Shown piece by piece: positions 25,345 to 38,432 of a stretch of DNA of 64,000 nt. Within the stretch, counting starts at the first letter, position 1. Each line of letters opens with the position of its first letter. Position numbers and translations under genes: made by a program. The notes under the pieces are model-generated. The model was not told the origin of the DNA, searched no databases, and saw only the letters and a program-made list of their open reading frames with translations. The stretch comes from Felis catus (taxonomy: Eukaryota): contig NC_058368.1 in the NCBI RefSeq assembly GCF_018350175.1, positions 179,058,001-179,122,000 of the forward strand, written 5' to 3'.

Positions 25345-25560
25345 CTCTGTCAGCACTGTGTCTCTTGTCTCTGTCTCTCTCTGTCCCTTTCTGTCTCTTT
25401 ATTCCCTTCTGTCTCACTTTCTGTCTGTCTGTCTCTCTCTGTTTCTCTTTGTCTCTCTCTGTCCTTTTGTTTTTTTCTTTCTGTCTCTCTCTCTTTTGGT
25501 CCCTGTCTCTCTCTGTTTCTCTGTCTCTGTCTCTGTCTCTCCCTCTCCTCCTCCTCTGTT
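25345..25560. repeat. Degenerate (CTGTCT/CT)n pyrimidine-rich low-complexity tract
   Basis: About 215 nt almost lacking A on the plus strand. Confidence 0.9.
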
Positions 25561-26599
25561 TGTTTTGGAAGTTGAGAAAAGCGAGCAATGTGGATCCTAA
25601 AGCAGTTTACACTGAACCAGATGGTTCATCTGATTAGCATCAGACTAAAAAGACACATTACTTAGAGATTAGGTTCTCATAGGGACAAATCTGTTCCAAA
25701 GGCACATAAGGTTTGCTTTTCTCGCAGACTCCCCCCAGAGCTTTCTCAGGGCATATCTATTCCTTTCTCCCATCACCACCAGCGGGCAAGTCTGAGCTTG
25801 ACTTAGAGAAGATAGCAAATTAGTCTCCACAGATTTCTTAGTCTCCTCTCACTGAACCCTGAAATCATTCACACTGGGTGGGCCACTCCCTGTGCGACCT
25901 TGGCTGCTTGAGACTCTTAACTCCCTCACACCCCAGGCTAAAAGGTCATATTATGCCATTGAGTCCACACAATAACCCAATGATACCCGTTCTGTGGTTA
26001 TTCCCACTTTTCAGATGAAGAAGTTGAGATTTACAGGATTAATTAATTATTAAGTAATTTACTCAAGATAATAGGTCTAGGAGAAGTTGAGATTAATTGC
26101 TTCCATGAAAGAAAAAAGGGAGGAAAGTGTGTGTGTGTGCTCGCACGTGTGTGTGTGTGTGTGTGTGTTAAAAGAGTCCTACAGAACAAACCATCATAAA
26201 AGATGGCTGTCAAGTGTTCCAGACTGTGTAACTATGTTGAGGTCTACAGCAAGACAAACAATAAAACGAGAAAGCACAAACATCTCACTCTGACCTGTAT
26301 TTCTTGTAGCATACATAGCACAGGCCTTTCGCAAAAATAAAGGGAAATGAAATTAAGATTGGAAAAAAAAAAAACATTCAAAATCAGAATAGGAAGCACA
26401 CATAGGCCAAGGCCTTTTTATTGAATAAGTTCTGTGTTTCTCAGAGGTTGAGGATATACATGTAGCTTCCAGGGAAGGAAGGAAGCTTGGCTTCCATGCA
26501 ACTGTCACATTTGAAGGGACCCTCTTATTGCAAGGAATTGGGAAGTCAGAACAGAAGCTAGGAAAATGGAAGGGGCAGCAGGAATAATAACCACAACAC

Positions 26600-26850
26600 C
26601 CATAATAACAGCTATCACTTAGTATAGGACACTGTGCTGGGATAGGTACTTTAAATGCATTATTCACTTCATTAGCCACATGGTAGCCTTCTAACATAGA
26701 CATGGTTATTATTTTTCCATTTCACAGATGAGCTTACTAAGGATCTGAGAGGTTAAGTAAATTGCCCATAATCACACAGCTAATAAGAAAATGAACTAGG
26801 AATTCAACCCAGGCCTAGTGATATACAAGAACGGTGCCCTTAACCAGTAA
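26600..26850 (-). mobile_element. MIR
   Basis: ccatttcacagatgagcttactaaggatctgagaggttaagtaaattgcccataatcacacagcta. Confidence 0.8.
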
Positions 26851-28799
26851 ACCTTGTCTCTCCCCCCTCTCCGTAGGATCCTCCTGAAGATAGGCCAATA
26901 GGATAGTCTGCCAACATTTCAGAAAGTGCTTAAAAGCCTTCTGGCCCCTCTGCTTGATGTCAATACACATGTTTAAGGCTGTGAGTACAAGCTAATGTCA
27001 CCGACAATACTCCAGGCAATTTGCACATCTGGCAGTTAAATGAGTGCAGGCTCAAAGCAAATCACATCCCTGAGGCACAGGACACTTCACAGGGAGAACA
27101 ACAGGAGGGATTTCATTTCAGCTCAAACTTGGCCAAGGAATCAAACTCACCTTATTAAAGGGTATAAAGGAGATACCCAAGAGCCAATGAGACCCAGCAA
27201 GCACGTACGAATTCAGATTGTATTAATTTGGAACCTGAGCACTTAAGAAGAGGCATAAGCTGATGTTTCCCTTTGGGGTTATTTTGGGAAGAGGGTTCAC
27301 TTAGCAAATCAATAGTGGGAGACGAGTTACCTTTAAGCTGTGCATACTGCTTTCACATGTGAACCAATGATGGATAGACTAATTACACATTGCCTCCCCT
27401 TTGAAAGATGTCTCCAAAGAGTTCTCTGTCCACCTATTTCTGGTCTCTGTAACTGTTTAAAGGGAAGAACTTTGCATTTCTTTTCCAACCGTGTACAACG
27501 CTGGGGCTGGCCTTCTGTCTGTTAATATTAATCAGAGGGTTTTTACCGAATCTGAAACTCAGAGACACAGCAGGACTGGTGGGTAGCAACTGTCCAACCT
27601 GCGATTATGCTGACTCTTGGGGGCCACCACCAGCCCGGGAGATGTGACTCCAGTATAGGGGTTACTCCGACTTCCACCAGCCTGGAGTCGACACCACATG
27701 CCCAATCCAGGACGGTGCTGGCACTCCATCTGGCCTTGATGCTAAGCTGGGCCCCTGCAATGACGGCAGCTCTGAACAATGAGGGGAAGCCAAATAGCCC
27801 TACTCTCTGCTGCCTGTGCAGTGCAGCACCATATGTACCTGAAGTCGTCCTGGTCCCTAGGGTGGGACTCAATTCATCTCTACAGTGTCCACAGTGACAC
27901 CTCCTGAAATCCAGGAAGAAACTGCCAGGGCAGAAAGGGGCAGGCATATTTCAAAGCTTTCAGAGTGAGGGCAACTCAGTCTGATGTGGAAGTCAGAACA
28001 TGAAAACCACAGAATGTCCACTTAAAAAACCCAGTACACAACAGATGCAAGAAGACTTACCAGGATTAGTTTCTAATCACCTTGCCACAAAACACCTTGT
28101 ACAAACAAACCATGTATTTGTTGCATTCATCTGTTGTCACACATCTGTCTGAATGGTCAGGAAACCACAGACACAAATATAAAATCACAAGAACACTTTT
28201 CTTCCCATGCCCTTCTCCTACCCTTAACTCCAGGGACAGGAATTCAGAGAGCAATTTTGGATGCACTATGTTAACCAGGCATTGGGGGAAAAGAATATTT
28301 ACAGTGAAGTGGCTGCTGAATATTTCTGTGATTACTAGGCAATTTACGTAAGTATTCAAGCCCAGCTCTCTGAATAAATTTCAGCTGGGTGAGGACAGAT
28401 TCTCTGCCTTCTAAGACCTCTTGCTTCTTGCACAGTTTGCTTCTCATTTTATCACTGACACCAGTGTGGACACAGAGGAATTAAAAATTGGGAAGTGTTG
28501 GCCTTAGCATACAGAAAACAGTGCTGACCCTCAAAAATCATTTTTTTCTCATCCTCACAGATAGGATTGATATCAGAAATGTCAAACGTTGCTGGAGATG
28601 AGGTGAATGATGAACTGACTTCTAATCCTGCCTGGCCATATCCAGAGGTGTGGCCCTCTAGGTCACTGACCTTAAAAAACAGGGCACCCCAAGGCTCTTA
28701 GCAGTGGGGCACTGGTCAGAGGACTGGTGGTTACCAGAGATCAGTTTGGGGTGAGCAGAAGCTCCTGCCCAAAACTAGTGTCATTCCCTGCTCTTGAGA

Positions 28800-29100
28800 A
28801 AATACCATTAAGTGAAGAAAGGCAAAGTACAGGACAGTTGGATATTACACTATTATTTGAGTAATAATAATAATAAAAGATCAGGGAAGAACGTATAGTA
28901 TAAATGTGTCTGATCGCTTATACATGGAGTATCCCCGGAAGCAAACATAAGAAACTGGAACCATTGGTTGCCTTTGGAGAAGAGATCAGAGACATTACGA
29001 AGAGGGTCTGGAGGAACTCTTTTCATGTGGTACCTTTTCATACCTTTGCATTTTGATCCATGTAAACACATTAGCTATTCAAAGGTAATTTACATTTTGT
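28800..29100 (+). mobile_element. Ancient L1ME 3' end fragment
   Basis: ttaagtgaagaaaggcaaagtacag...cataagaaactggaaccattggttgcctttggag...ccttttcatacctttgcattttgatccatgtaaa. Confidence 0.65.
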
Positions 29101-29493
29101 AAAACTAAAACAAAACGCCCTCTAATTTCTACTCCATCAGAATCTGAGATGGGTCACAGGAATCCGCATTGGCTCTCTAGTTTATTCTTACACTCTGGAA
29201 ACTTTGAAAACTTCTCTGTTACAGGTTCTTTCTACCAAAAAAGAAACTTTACCTACTTCCTCTCAAGTTGAAGACATTCATACAAGTATAACCGTGTAGG
29301 GGAAAATCTCATGGCAGAATGACCTAAAGATATGACTCCAAATTTACCACCTCATTAAAATCTCTCAGGAGGAGCAAACAATGCAACCTAAGCTTTCCTA
29401 AAATCAATTTAGATTCCGATGGCTAAGTTGTCAGCTACTTCCTACTTTTTGCATTTATTCAGACTGAGGGAGTTGTTAGAGAAGAAACCTTTA

Positions 29494-29715
<222 letters not shown>

Positions 29716-29929
29716 TTAGATCAAGTTAGATCTTTCCCACATCTTGGCACTTAAAATCCACTCCCAGACTGCCCGCTCTGTGGAGGCAAAAACGACATAT
29801 ATCTTGCTTCCTTGGCCCCACAGTTCCCGGCAAAGCATCAGATGCATAGTAAACTTTTATGTCATTGGTGTTAGTGTTGACTACTAATAGCATCCAAAGA
29901 GATGTGAAAACCTGAAAATGATACCAGTA

Positions 29930-30140
29930 ACCCTGAGCCCTTATGTGTATCAGACACATGCTTTGCACTTTACATCCATTATTCTAGTTAAACCTCATGA
30001 CTCTCTGAGATAGATACAATACTTATCCCAATTTACAAGTGGAAAAACTAAGGTTCAGAAAGGTTAACTAACTTTCCTAAGATTACGTAGCTGGCGGGGG
30101 GGGGGGCATTGAAAAACAAGGATTTAAAACCAGGTTCTGA
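29930..30140 (-). mobile_element. MIR
   Basis: atcccaatttacaagtggaaaaactaaggttcagaaaggttaactaactttcctaagatt. Confidence 0.75.
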
Positions 30141-30699
30141 TTTTGTTACCATAACATTTTATTTACTAATGTTTTATAGTTAGTAATGCTTTTTAAGTCT
30201 TAAGATCAGAAGGGTCCTTATTTTTTAAAAAAAGCTATGAAAAGTTGTGAGTTAGAACCAGTTTAGGACATGAAAAAGAAGATAGTTCTTCCCAGATAGA
30301 GCGAACACAAAGACACCGCTGAAACAGAATTATAGCCCCTGTCAGCTTTCCAAAATCATCTCATTGTGCTCATTCATTCTTTCAAGTACTTGTTAAGCAT
30401 CTATTTAATGTGTGACAGACAGTGTGCAGAACAGTGGGGATACAGTAGGAACAAACTTGGTCCCAGTCGGCATGGAGCTTACATTCTGATGGAGGTCGAC
30501 ATTACAACACAGAAGCAAACGAATCAATACAAAGGGATACGTGCAATGAAGAAAATAAATAGGAGTTGCATCACAGAGTAATGGGGTAGGGGGTGGGGGA
30601 GAAATTTAATTTATTTACAATATTCAGAAGTAGCTTCTCTGAGAAGATAACATTTCATTTGAGACAAGAAGGATGAGAAGAAGCCAGCAGACATCTTGA

Positions 30700-30920
30700 T
30701 ACAAAGAAAAAAATGACATTAGTGAGAAAACCAATGAGATCCAAATAAAGCCTGGGATGCAGTGAATAGAATTACAACGATGGTAATTCCTCAGTGTTGA
30801 TGGATATGCCATGGTTACGTAAAATTTGAACTTCTTAAGAGAAGTTCGGTGAAGGGCATGCTATCTTTGCAACTCTTTCCTAAATATGAAAGTATTTCAA
30901 TAAAAAAAGTTTTTAAAATC
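30700..30920 (+). mobile_element. Ancient L1MC-like 3' end
   Basis: gacattagtgagaaaaccaatgagatccaaataaagcctg...ctatctttgcaactctttcctaaatatgaaagtatttcaataaaa. Confidence 0.7.
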
Positions 30921-31467
30921 ATCTATATGTTATCTCGGAACTTAGGTGAATTTAGGAAAAAGAGGAAAGGACATACTGGTTCAGATGCCTCTATCCTAAC
31001 AGCATGATCACCCTAAACTAGTGTTCATCTCATGAGACAAGTGGGGTAAAGAAGGAGAAAGCAAACGGGAGCCTATCTCTATTATTCCTGTAAGATTGCT
31101 CCCCATTTGTAACTATCCGGCATAGAGGGCATAGACTGGGACCCCCAAATAACCTTCAAGTCCAAATGAAATTAAGACATTTACAGCAACTATCAGTTCT
31201 TTAATCTATATGTTTGCATGCTGTATCATTTGTGTCACCAAAGAAGGAAGTTTATTTTATTTTGGTGTTCACCAAAGTCTGGCAAAATAAAACCAGAATG
31301 TCAAAATCCCACAGTGGAGGCCCTATACCAAATTCCCACCATGTGTCCTCCCCACCCCAGCTCCAAGTGCCCATCTAGAACCCCCCCCCCCATGAAAGCA
31401 CTCCTCCATTCCCGCTGAACCCCTGGCTTGCCATCAGAGCCCAGGAAAGCACATGGTGAGCTCTCAC

Positions 31468-31538
31468 CTGAGTAACTTCGCATCAAAGACCGTTTCCACA
31501 TCATGGAGGACAGATGGGATGTATTTCAAAGCTGCCAC
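31468..31538 (-). CDS. DOCK2: DOCK2 internal coding exon B (71 nt; approx. human exon 24)
   Basis: Minus strand: tatttcactttccacctag|GTG GCA GCT TTG AAA TAC ... TTA CTC AG|gtgaga. Translates VAALKYIPSVLHDVETVFDAKLL(S). Phase 0 in matches exon A; phase 2 out. Not captured in frame by the ORF track. Confidence 0.96.
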
Positions 31539-31779
31539 CTAGGTGGAAAGTGAAATAAACATAAGGGATGCCCACATCCAACAACTCCACATGGTGAGGA
31601 GGGTACTTCACAACGTGAGAGGGATCAAGAGAGAATGACCCTGAATCCTGGGCACTCCTACAGAGAGATACAAGACACTGTATGTAGACTGAAACATTAG
31701 CATGCACTTCTTTGATTACAAAAGTAAGGCACAAGTTCTTCTATCTTCAAGGAGCAAGTAATGTATACAATGATCACAG

Positions 31780-32010
31780 ACATTGAAGTTAGACACCTGC
31801 TGTCAAATCCTGGTTCTACTCCTAGTAACCATGTGGTTGTGGACAAAACTTAACCTCTCTGATGTCTCAATGTCCTTATCTGTAAAATAGGGAAAACAGT
31901 ACCTATTTTGCAGGATTGGAAAAATTAAAAATAATATACATGAGGCATCCAACAGAGAGCCAGCATACTTATTGTGGAGACTGTTACGTGGTAACTTCTG
32001 TTATTATTGG
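31780..32010 (+). mobile_element. MIR
   Basis: cttaacctctctgatgtctcaatgtccttatctgtaaaataggg. Confidence 0.75.
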
Positions 32011-32799
32011 AAGATAGTGTGTTTGAATTGTATTGTTGGTGGCAAGGACAGCTTGGACTAAGTTATTCATATTTTCTCACCGTGGCCAATTTGTGAACAA
32101 TGGTGGGACAGTTTTGGTCCACTAGCTGGGTTAGCATACTAGCTGTGCACTGCTTGTTGCCTGTTTCTTTCCTCGGTGCAAGTTAAGTGATGCTGCCAGA
32201 GGTATGAGACACATCCCCAGTCCCCCACATAGCAGCATCCTTTGCTAAGCAGCAGAGAAGACTGCAGTTTCTACAGGAGGAGTTTTAAGTCACATGGCTG
32301 GAAAACAACACTGAAGAATCTAGTGGAAGGATGCATTTTAAACTTTTCTTTTTATTTTTCTTTATATTCTAAGTGTACTATAGTTAACATGTATCACCCT
32401 CTAATGATCAGACCAAAATAAAAATACTGAAAATTCCTTTCTTAAAGAAAATCTTACTTCTAACCATATATAGCTGAGTTTCTTAGTTAACATAAATAAT
32501 AATTATGACTATTCATTCTCGGAGAACTTTGACTGGGGCAGGCACTGAACACCTGACAGACTATCTTCTTAAACCTTATGTCAGACCTACAGGAGAAATA
32601 CTATTTTCATAGATAAGGAACCTCTGGTGCACCTAGATTAAAGAGCCCAAAGTCACAAAGTTAGCAAGTAGGAGAGCCACGATTCAAACTCAGGCAGGCT
32701 GCATGGATAGCCACCCCTCAGAAGCCTTAAGCTACATGCCCACCTCACTCAAACAGCAATTGTCTCTCTCTATGCCTTCATCTTTTCATTTGTTCTCAT

Positions 32800-33013
32800 T
32801 GTTTATGATTTTCAAAAGTCAGCAATATAAGTGCAATGTACAAAAACATCACACAGGATAAAGTAAAGTATTAAGGTGAAGAGTGTCAATGAAGTCCCAC
32901 ATCTCCATCTCAGCCCAAATCCTTATTCCCCAGAGAGGCCACCGTCAACACTGTGGTGAGTTTCCTTCTTGACTGTTTTCTATGCAAGAATGTGCACAGG
33001 TGCACGCACACGT

Positions 33014-33047
<34 letters not shown>

Positions 33048-33990
33048 TTGATTTATACAGTTCTGCACCTTGTTTTTTGCAGTGAACCATCTAGCACTGA
33101 TATCTTTGCATGCTATCACATAGACTGCATATCCTTCATATCCAACCACTAGTTAGCAATGCCCTTATGGGCACATGGTACCTTCTCTAACCCCTTCCCT
33201 ACTGATGGAGTCCACACTAGTTTCAGTTTTTCTTTATTATAAAATATGTAGCAAGAAAACAGTTAGTATATACAATTGTGTACCTGTGAGAATCCCTGCA
33301 GGAGGTATTGCTCAAAGATGAATTAGTGCATCAAAATGTATATATATAAATAAATATAAAATATATTTATAATATATTATATGTATTTATATATTATAAA
33401 TACATTCTATATAAATACATATAATATATTATAAATATATTCTATATTTATTCATATATTATATAAATTATATTATTTATGTTTGTATATTATATATTTA
33501 TTTATATATTATAAATATATCATATATATTTTTATATATAGGAAATATTGTCATATTACATTAGAAAGAAGTGATAACCAATTTCCTTTTACTCCTTTCC
33601 CTATGCTAACACTGGTATACAAATCTTTTTAGTTTTCTCAATGTGATGTATAATTTGCAACTAATTTACAAATCTTTGGTTTCTAGTGCATTGGGCACCT
33701 TTTGTATATTTATTGAACATCTGTCTTTACTAACTTGCTTGTTCATATCCTCTCCTCATTTCCCTTTTGGGTGATTTATTTTCTTATTGGTTCGTGAACT
33801 TCTTTATGTATCACTAAAATTAGCCATTTTGCAGTAAAAAAAAAAATTGGAAGAATTTCCTTTTGCTTGTCCTATTTGCTGCTTGTCTTTCAGCTTTGTT
33901 TATCAGAGCTTTCATTGCACAGAAGAACTTTAATCTGTATGTTGTCAGATTTGTCAGACTTTTTCTTTACAGTTATTTGATCTTGTGTCT
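32800..33990 (-). mobile_element. Ancient L1ME remnant hosting (TG)n and AT-rich repeats
   Basis: tccccagagaggccaccgtcaacact, aaccccttccctactgatgga, ttttgtatatttattgaacat, gcacagaagaactttaat. Confidence 0.7.
33338..33540. repeat. AT-rich (TA)n-like low-complexity array
   Basis: About 200 nt nearly pure A/T with internal inverted repeats. Confidence 0.95.
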
Positions 33991-35779
33991 AGGAATTCAT
34001 TTTTTATTCTTTCAAATCAAGATGACAAGAGATAACAAGAGTCTAAAGCTGATGCTCTATTGGGACACTCTTGTTCCACAGGATGGTGTTGGGTATTCTG
34101 TGAGGGGAAAATGGACTTGCAATAAAATAATTTGGGGGAAACTTTGGTCTAGGCAAAAATAAACAAGTGAGCTTTCTTTTTTGTTTTAATTGCAGAACTT
34201 TTCAGAATCGCGATATGCTAAGACACACTATAACATCCTTCCAGGCAGTTACAGTGTCTAGCACATTCCAACCTCGTTGGTCAAGGCCATTTTTGTCAGG
34301 AAACCCCAAGCAGACGTGGCAAAAACAGATGCCTGAAGAGCTGGGAGAGCAAAAGAAAGAAGTGACATGGAATCAGTCTGGGCCAGTGGGAAGTAATGAA
34401 GTGTGTGGAACCCACATTCTCTCTAAAGAATAAGTTGTTCTGGTTCACCTCTTTTAACACCATGCTAGCCAAATCAAACACATGGGCAGGCTGCGCTCCC
34501 CCCACCATGGGCAGCTTGTTTACAATGTCTAAATTCTAAAGAGATGCCCTGTGCTGAGGCGCATGCTCTGATAAAGGCTGGTTCAAGCACTCCTAGCAAA
34601 CTGTCCTTCCATTCACTCTTAGGCTAAAGAACACAGAGCTCTGGGCCCGCAGGGGCCTGGACAGGAACCCCAGCACTCCACCTAGCCCCTGCATGCACCA
34701 AGGCCCACTTCTTCATGCCCTGAGCCTCAGCATCTTCATGTGGGATAAAAGGGAAATGACGTGAAATAACGTATATCATGTACCTATTGCAATTTCCAGC
34801 ACACAGTAGGCCCCCAAAAGTGTACGTGCTGAATTTCACCTTATTTCATCCCTCAAACCCCTGCCCTCATCCCCCAGCACCTGGACAAAGTATAATATGT
34901 ACTCATCATAATTAAGACCAAAGTGAGAGGACAGAAACAGAAATAGAACCCTCAGCAAGTTGAGAAAGCCAAGACCTCAGTGCCAGCAGCAAGTTATTGG
35001 CTTTCAAGGGCTGCATATTGTTCCAGGGCTTTGAAGTGATGCTGTAGAATTGCAGTCACCAGAAGTTTACACTGAAACACATAAACACTTCAGCTATTAG
35101 GAAGGAGAAGTTGGACAGGGCTGGAACAAGGACTGTTTCAGAAGGAGCCAATCTTCCCAGCTTCTCAGCTCTGGGCTGGCAATAAAGTAAAACAAACTAA
35201 GTAGCTGTCGCCCTGAGACTCAGAGGGTGTTATCAACTCAACTGGAGAGTATCAAACTTCCATCTGGTCCAGGCGGCCTCACAGAGAAGCAGCAGGCCTG
35301 TGGTTTCCTTTTCCAAGGAGGGCAGCTCATCTCTGACCCAGGAAGTTTGCAGCACTGGCCGCAGGGCTCCTGTCCATAGTTCTCCCCTTCACATGGCTCT
35401 TACACACATGAATGGAGTAATAGGTGGGTGCAGCAGGGGCAACCACCAAGCTCCCCCAGAAGGCAGAACAGCTCAGCCATAAGATCCTCTGGAGACCTCC
35501 ATTTGTTGCATGTTTCTAAAGCCTGGAAACCAGAAACAGCTTGGCATTCTAGACCCACTGGCCTCTTGGGAACTATGTTACTTTGTTGGCATAATTTGCA
35601 CTCCCATTAATACTACTATTATACATAAAATAATATTGCCATGTTGTTACGTTTATTCCATAGTATATATTCCTGTATTGCATATAATATTTAAGAAAAA
35701 CATATACAGACAAGTTTATGTGAGTGTATGTATATAAATGTATATAACAGTCTTAAAATAACAACCATTACTAGAAACT

Positions 35780-35960
35780 TTAAATGCGTTAAATACTTTA
35801 CATGCATGATCTCATTGCACTTTACAACTACTCTAGGAATAGATACTGTCATCCCATTTTACCAGTGAGTAAACTATGGCAGAGAGAGGTTAAATAATTT
35901 TCCAGAAGCCACACAGCTACCATGCAGCATAGAAAGAATATGTACCTGATTCTGTCCAGC
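35780..35960 (-). mobile_element. MIR
   Basis: atcccattttaccagtgagtaaactatggcagagagaggttaaataattttccagaagccacacagcta. Confidence 0.75.
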
Positions 35961-37529
35961 TGACCAGTGTGTTTTGCACCCACTCACCCTGCTGTAAGGA
36001 AAGGCTTCCATGTTAGAAGATGAGGAGGTTTTGATGGGAGAGAGAAGGATGATTTGGGAAAGGAAGCAGAGAACCTTCCCCTTTTTATAAGGATAATTTT
36101 TGAAAAGAAGGTACAGTTTTCCTGACATCTCCTCAGTGAAGAGTCTTCCTCACCACATATATCAGGGGATCTAAGAACAGAGACCAGGAAAACATTTGCC
36201 AACTTAATAATTAGCTTACCATGTGGCACCAAGTGGTCTTCTAGATTAGTCATGAACTCTGGACCCCTCTCAAAGGCTATCAAAGGCTAGTATCAGCCTC
36301 AAGAAGACAGCCAGGTCCAAACCAAACAGTAGTGGTTTCACTGACCCAGAGAGAAGTCATGGGAGGTCACTTGAGATGATTATTATCCAGATGGACTTCT
36401 CTAGAATTGATAATCCTGGGCTGCTAGGAAACAGCAAGTATTTAAAAATAACAACAAAAATCAAAACCAAAGAGCTACACTCCCTCAAAATCAATGTGGA
36501 TTTTCTTTTTGAGTGTTTCCTCCAAATGGAGGAAGACTGAACTGCACCGATGCCAGTAGACAGAATTTTAGCCAAAAAGAGCACACCTTGCAGTGATGCA
36601 AGATCATACGAGAGCACTGGACCTCTTCCTCACTCAAGAACACAGACAGTATTTCCAACCCACCAATATTCAGTCCTGTAATTTTTGCCAAGCGATGGAT
36701 GGTTAAGGTCCATGGAAACTGGACAATGTCACAGAAATTCACCACAGCATGACCACAAGAAGACAGCTTCCCTAGAGATGCAGAGCTGTCCCTAAGGAAA
36801 GTACATGCAGCTCTCTCAGGACAGTCAGCCTCCTCACCAATATTTCAGGGAAAGAGAAGGAAATAGGGACCAACACATTCCAGAATACATGGTCTCCATG
36901 CTTTCCATGATGCAACATTATGCTGGCCCCCAAAGCTTGGTGGGAACAGGGGAGTTCAGTGCTTACAAATGGCTGGCTGAAGAGTGAGATTGTCTGAGTC
37001 AAGTCCCTGTGGACCACTTTTATCTGTGTGGCCTTGGGGAAGTTAACCCTGTGTTCTAGTTTCCTCACCAGGAGAATGGAGGAATAAAGTTACCTAATTT
37101 AGAAGCCGATGTGAAGATTAAATATTAGTTATCCATATTACTACAACAGCCTCACTGGAACAAAATTTCATCCTCCCCACCACTGAATCCATTGTCCTCA
37201 AATATTGCGCATAAGTATGGGGTATACAATTGGGAAGGGACAAGTTAAATAATAAGTCTTGTTTCTCCTACTTTGGGAATTTAGCCTACAGCTGTAGGCC
37301 ACTTCACAAGAATGGACCACTTTCTTCCCTTAGTTCAGGCATTTGAACATTTTACACTAATAAACAATGAAAAGAGAGGAAAGAAAAATGTATTCTTAAT
37401 TAGCTTGCCTTCATGTCTGTGGACCAAACATCTATCCATCTTTACTATTGTTTACTGTCGCTTACTGCTTATCTACTTGGCATTTTGCAGGAAGACTTGG
37501 GTCTTTCATGAAACTATGCTTTGTTTGGT

Positions 37530-37755
37530 GGTGATTAGGAACTCAAACTCTGAACTTACACAGTCTGGATTCAAATCCCAGACCTGCCCCTTCTTAGTTG
37601 TGGTTAAGTTATTCAACCTCACTAAGACTCCATTTCCTCATCTGTAAAGTAGAGATAAGAAGAGTATTTGCCTACTAAGGTTGTTGTTATAAAAATCAAA
37701 TGAGCTAACAATATATGTAAAGCTCTCAGCTTAGTATGTGATACATAATAAATGT
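37530..37755 (+). mobile_element. MIR
   Basis: ctggattcaaatcccag...catttcctcatctgtaaagtagagataag...tatgtaaagctctcagc. Confidence 0.8.
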
Positions 37756-38207
37756 GAAAATACAAAACAGTGGAAGCTTGTATTCATTCTTTCATTCATT
37801 TAGCCAAAAGAATATTCGAGTACCTACTAAGTGGCAGCTGCTGGTTCAGATACTGGGGATACAAAAGACAGAGCTACCCTGCCCTTTTGGACACTCTAGT
37901 GGCATTATTAGTATGCATGACAATCATAGTTGCCACGGGAGAGTACCATTCAATATGAGCTGTTCATTTATTTTCACTTGCACCATCAAATTGGAGCATT
38001 ATGATGAATCCTGGACCTGAAGGAGAATGGAACAAATGGGTCTACATAATGTCAACAAATGCCCTTTCCTCGTAGTTAAGCTATATCCAATTCACTAGTG
38101 TCTGATTTTGATCCTCTCCACCTACCATCAGTTTTATCGACAGTGCTCACAAGGCTGGCACACATAGGGACTTGTAAGCTTATGGCCTGTTACTGAAAAC
38201 ACATGGA

Positions 38208-38432
38208 GCAGTGCCTGGGTGGCTCAGTCAGTTAAGCACCCAACTTTGGCCCAAGTCATGATCTCGTGGTCCAGGGGTTCGAGCCCTGCGTTGGGCTCTT
38301 CTTGGAATAGCTCAGAGCCTGGAGCCTGCTTCAGATTATGTGCCTCCCTCTCTCTCTCTCTCTCTCTGCACCTCCCCTGCTCATGCTCTGTTTCTCTCTG
38401 TCTCTCTCAAAAATAAATATTAAAAAAAAAAA
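38208..38432 (+). mobile_element. Can-SINE (SINEC_Fc-like)
   Basis: gtgcctgggtggctcagtcagttaagcacccaactttggcccaagtcatgatctc...agctcagagcctggagcctgcttcagatt; (CT)n and A tail. Confidence 0.92.

Noticed and set aside
25262..25637. R/E/D-rich and S/L-rich ORFs
   Set aside because: Artefacts of the low-complexity CT/GA tract.
27543..27947. Overlapping 134-aa and 96-aa ORFs in GC-richer sequence as a possible retrogene
   Set aside because: No recognisable homology, poly-A tail or TSD; ORFs of this size are expected by chance.
36360..36770. Coding-looking unique sequence with several ORFs
   Set aside because: No frame resembles DOCK2 or any protein I recognise, and exons A and B already join in phase without it.
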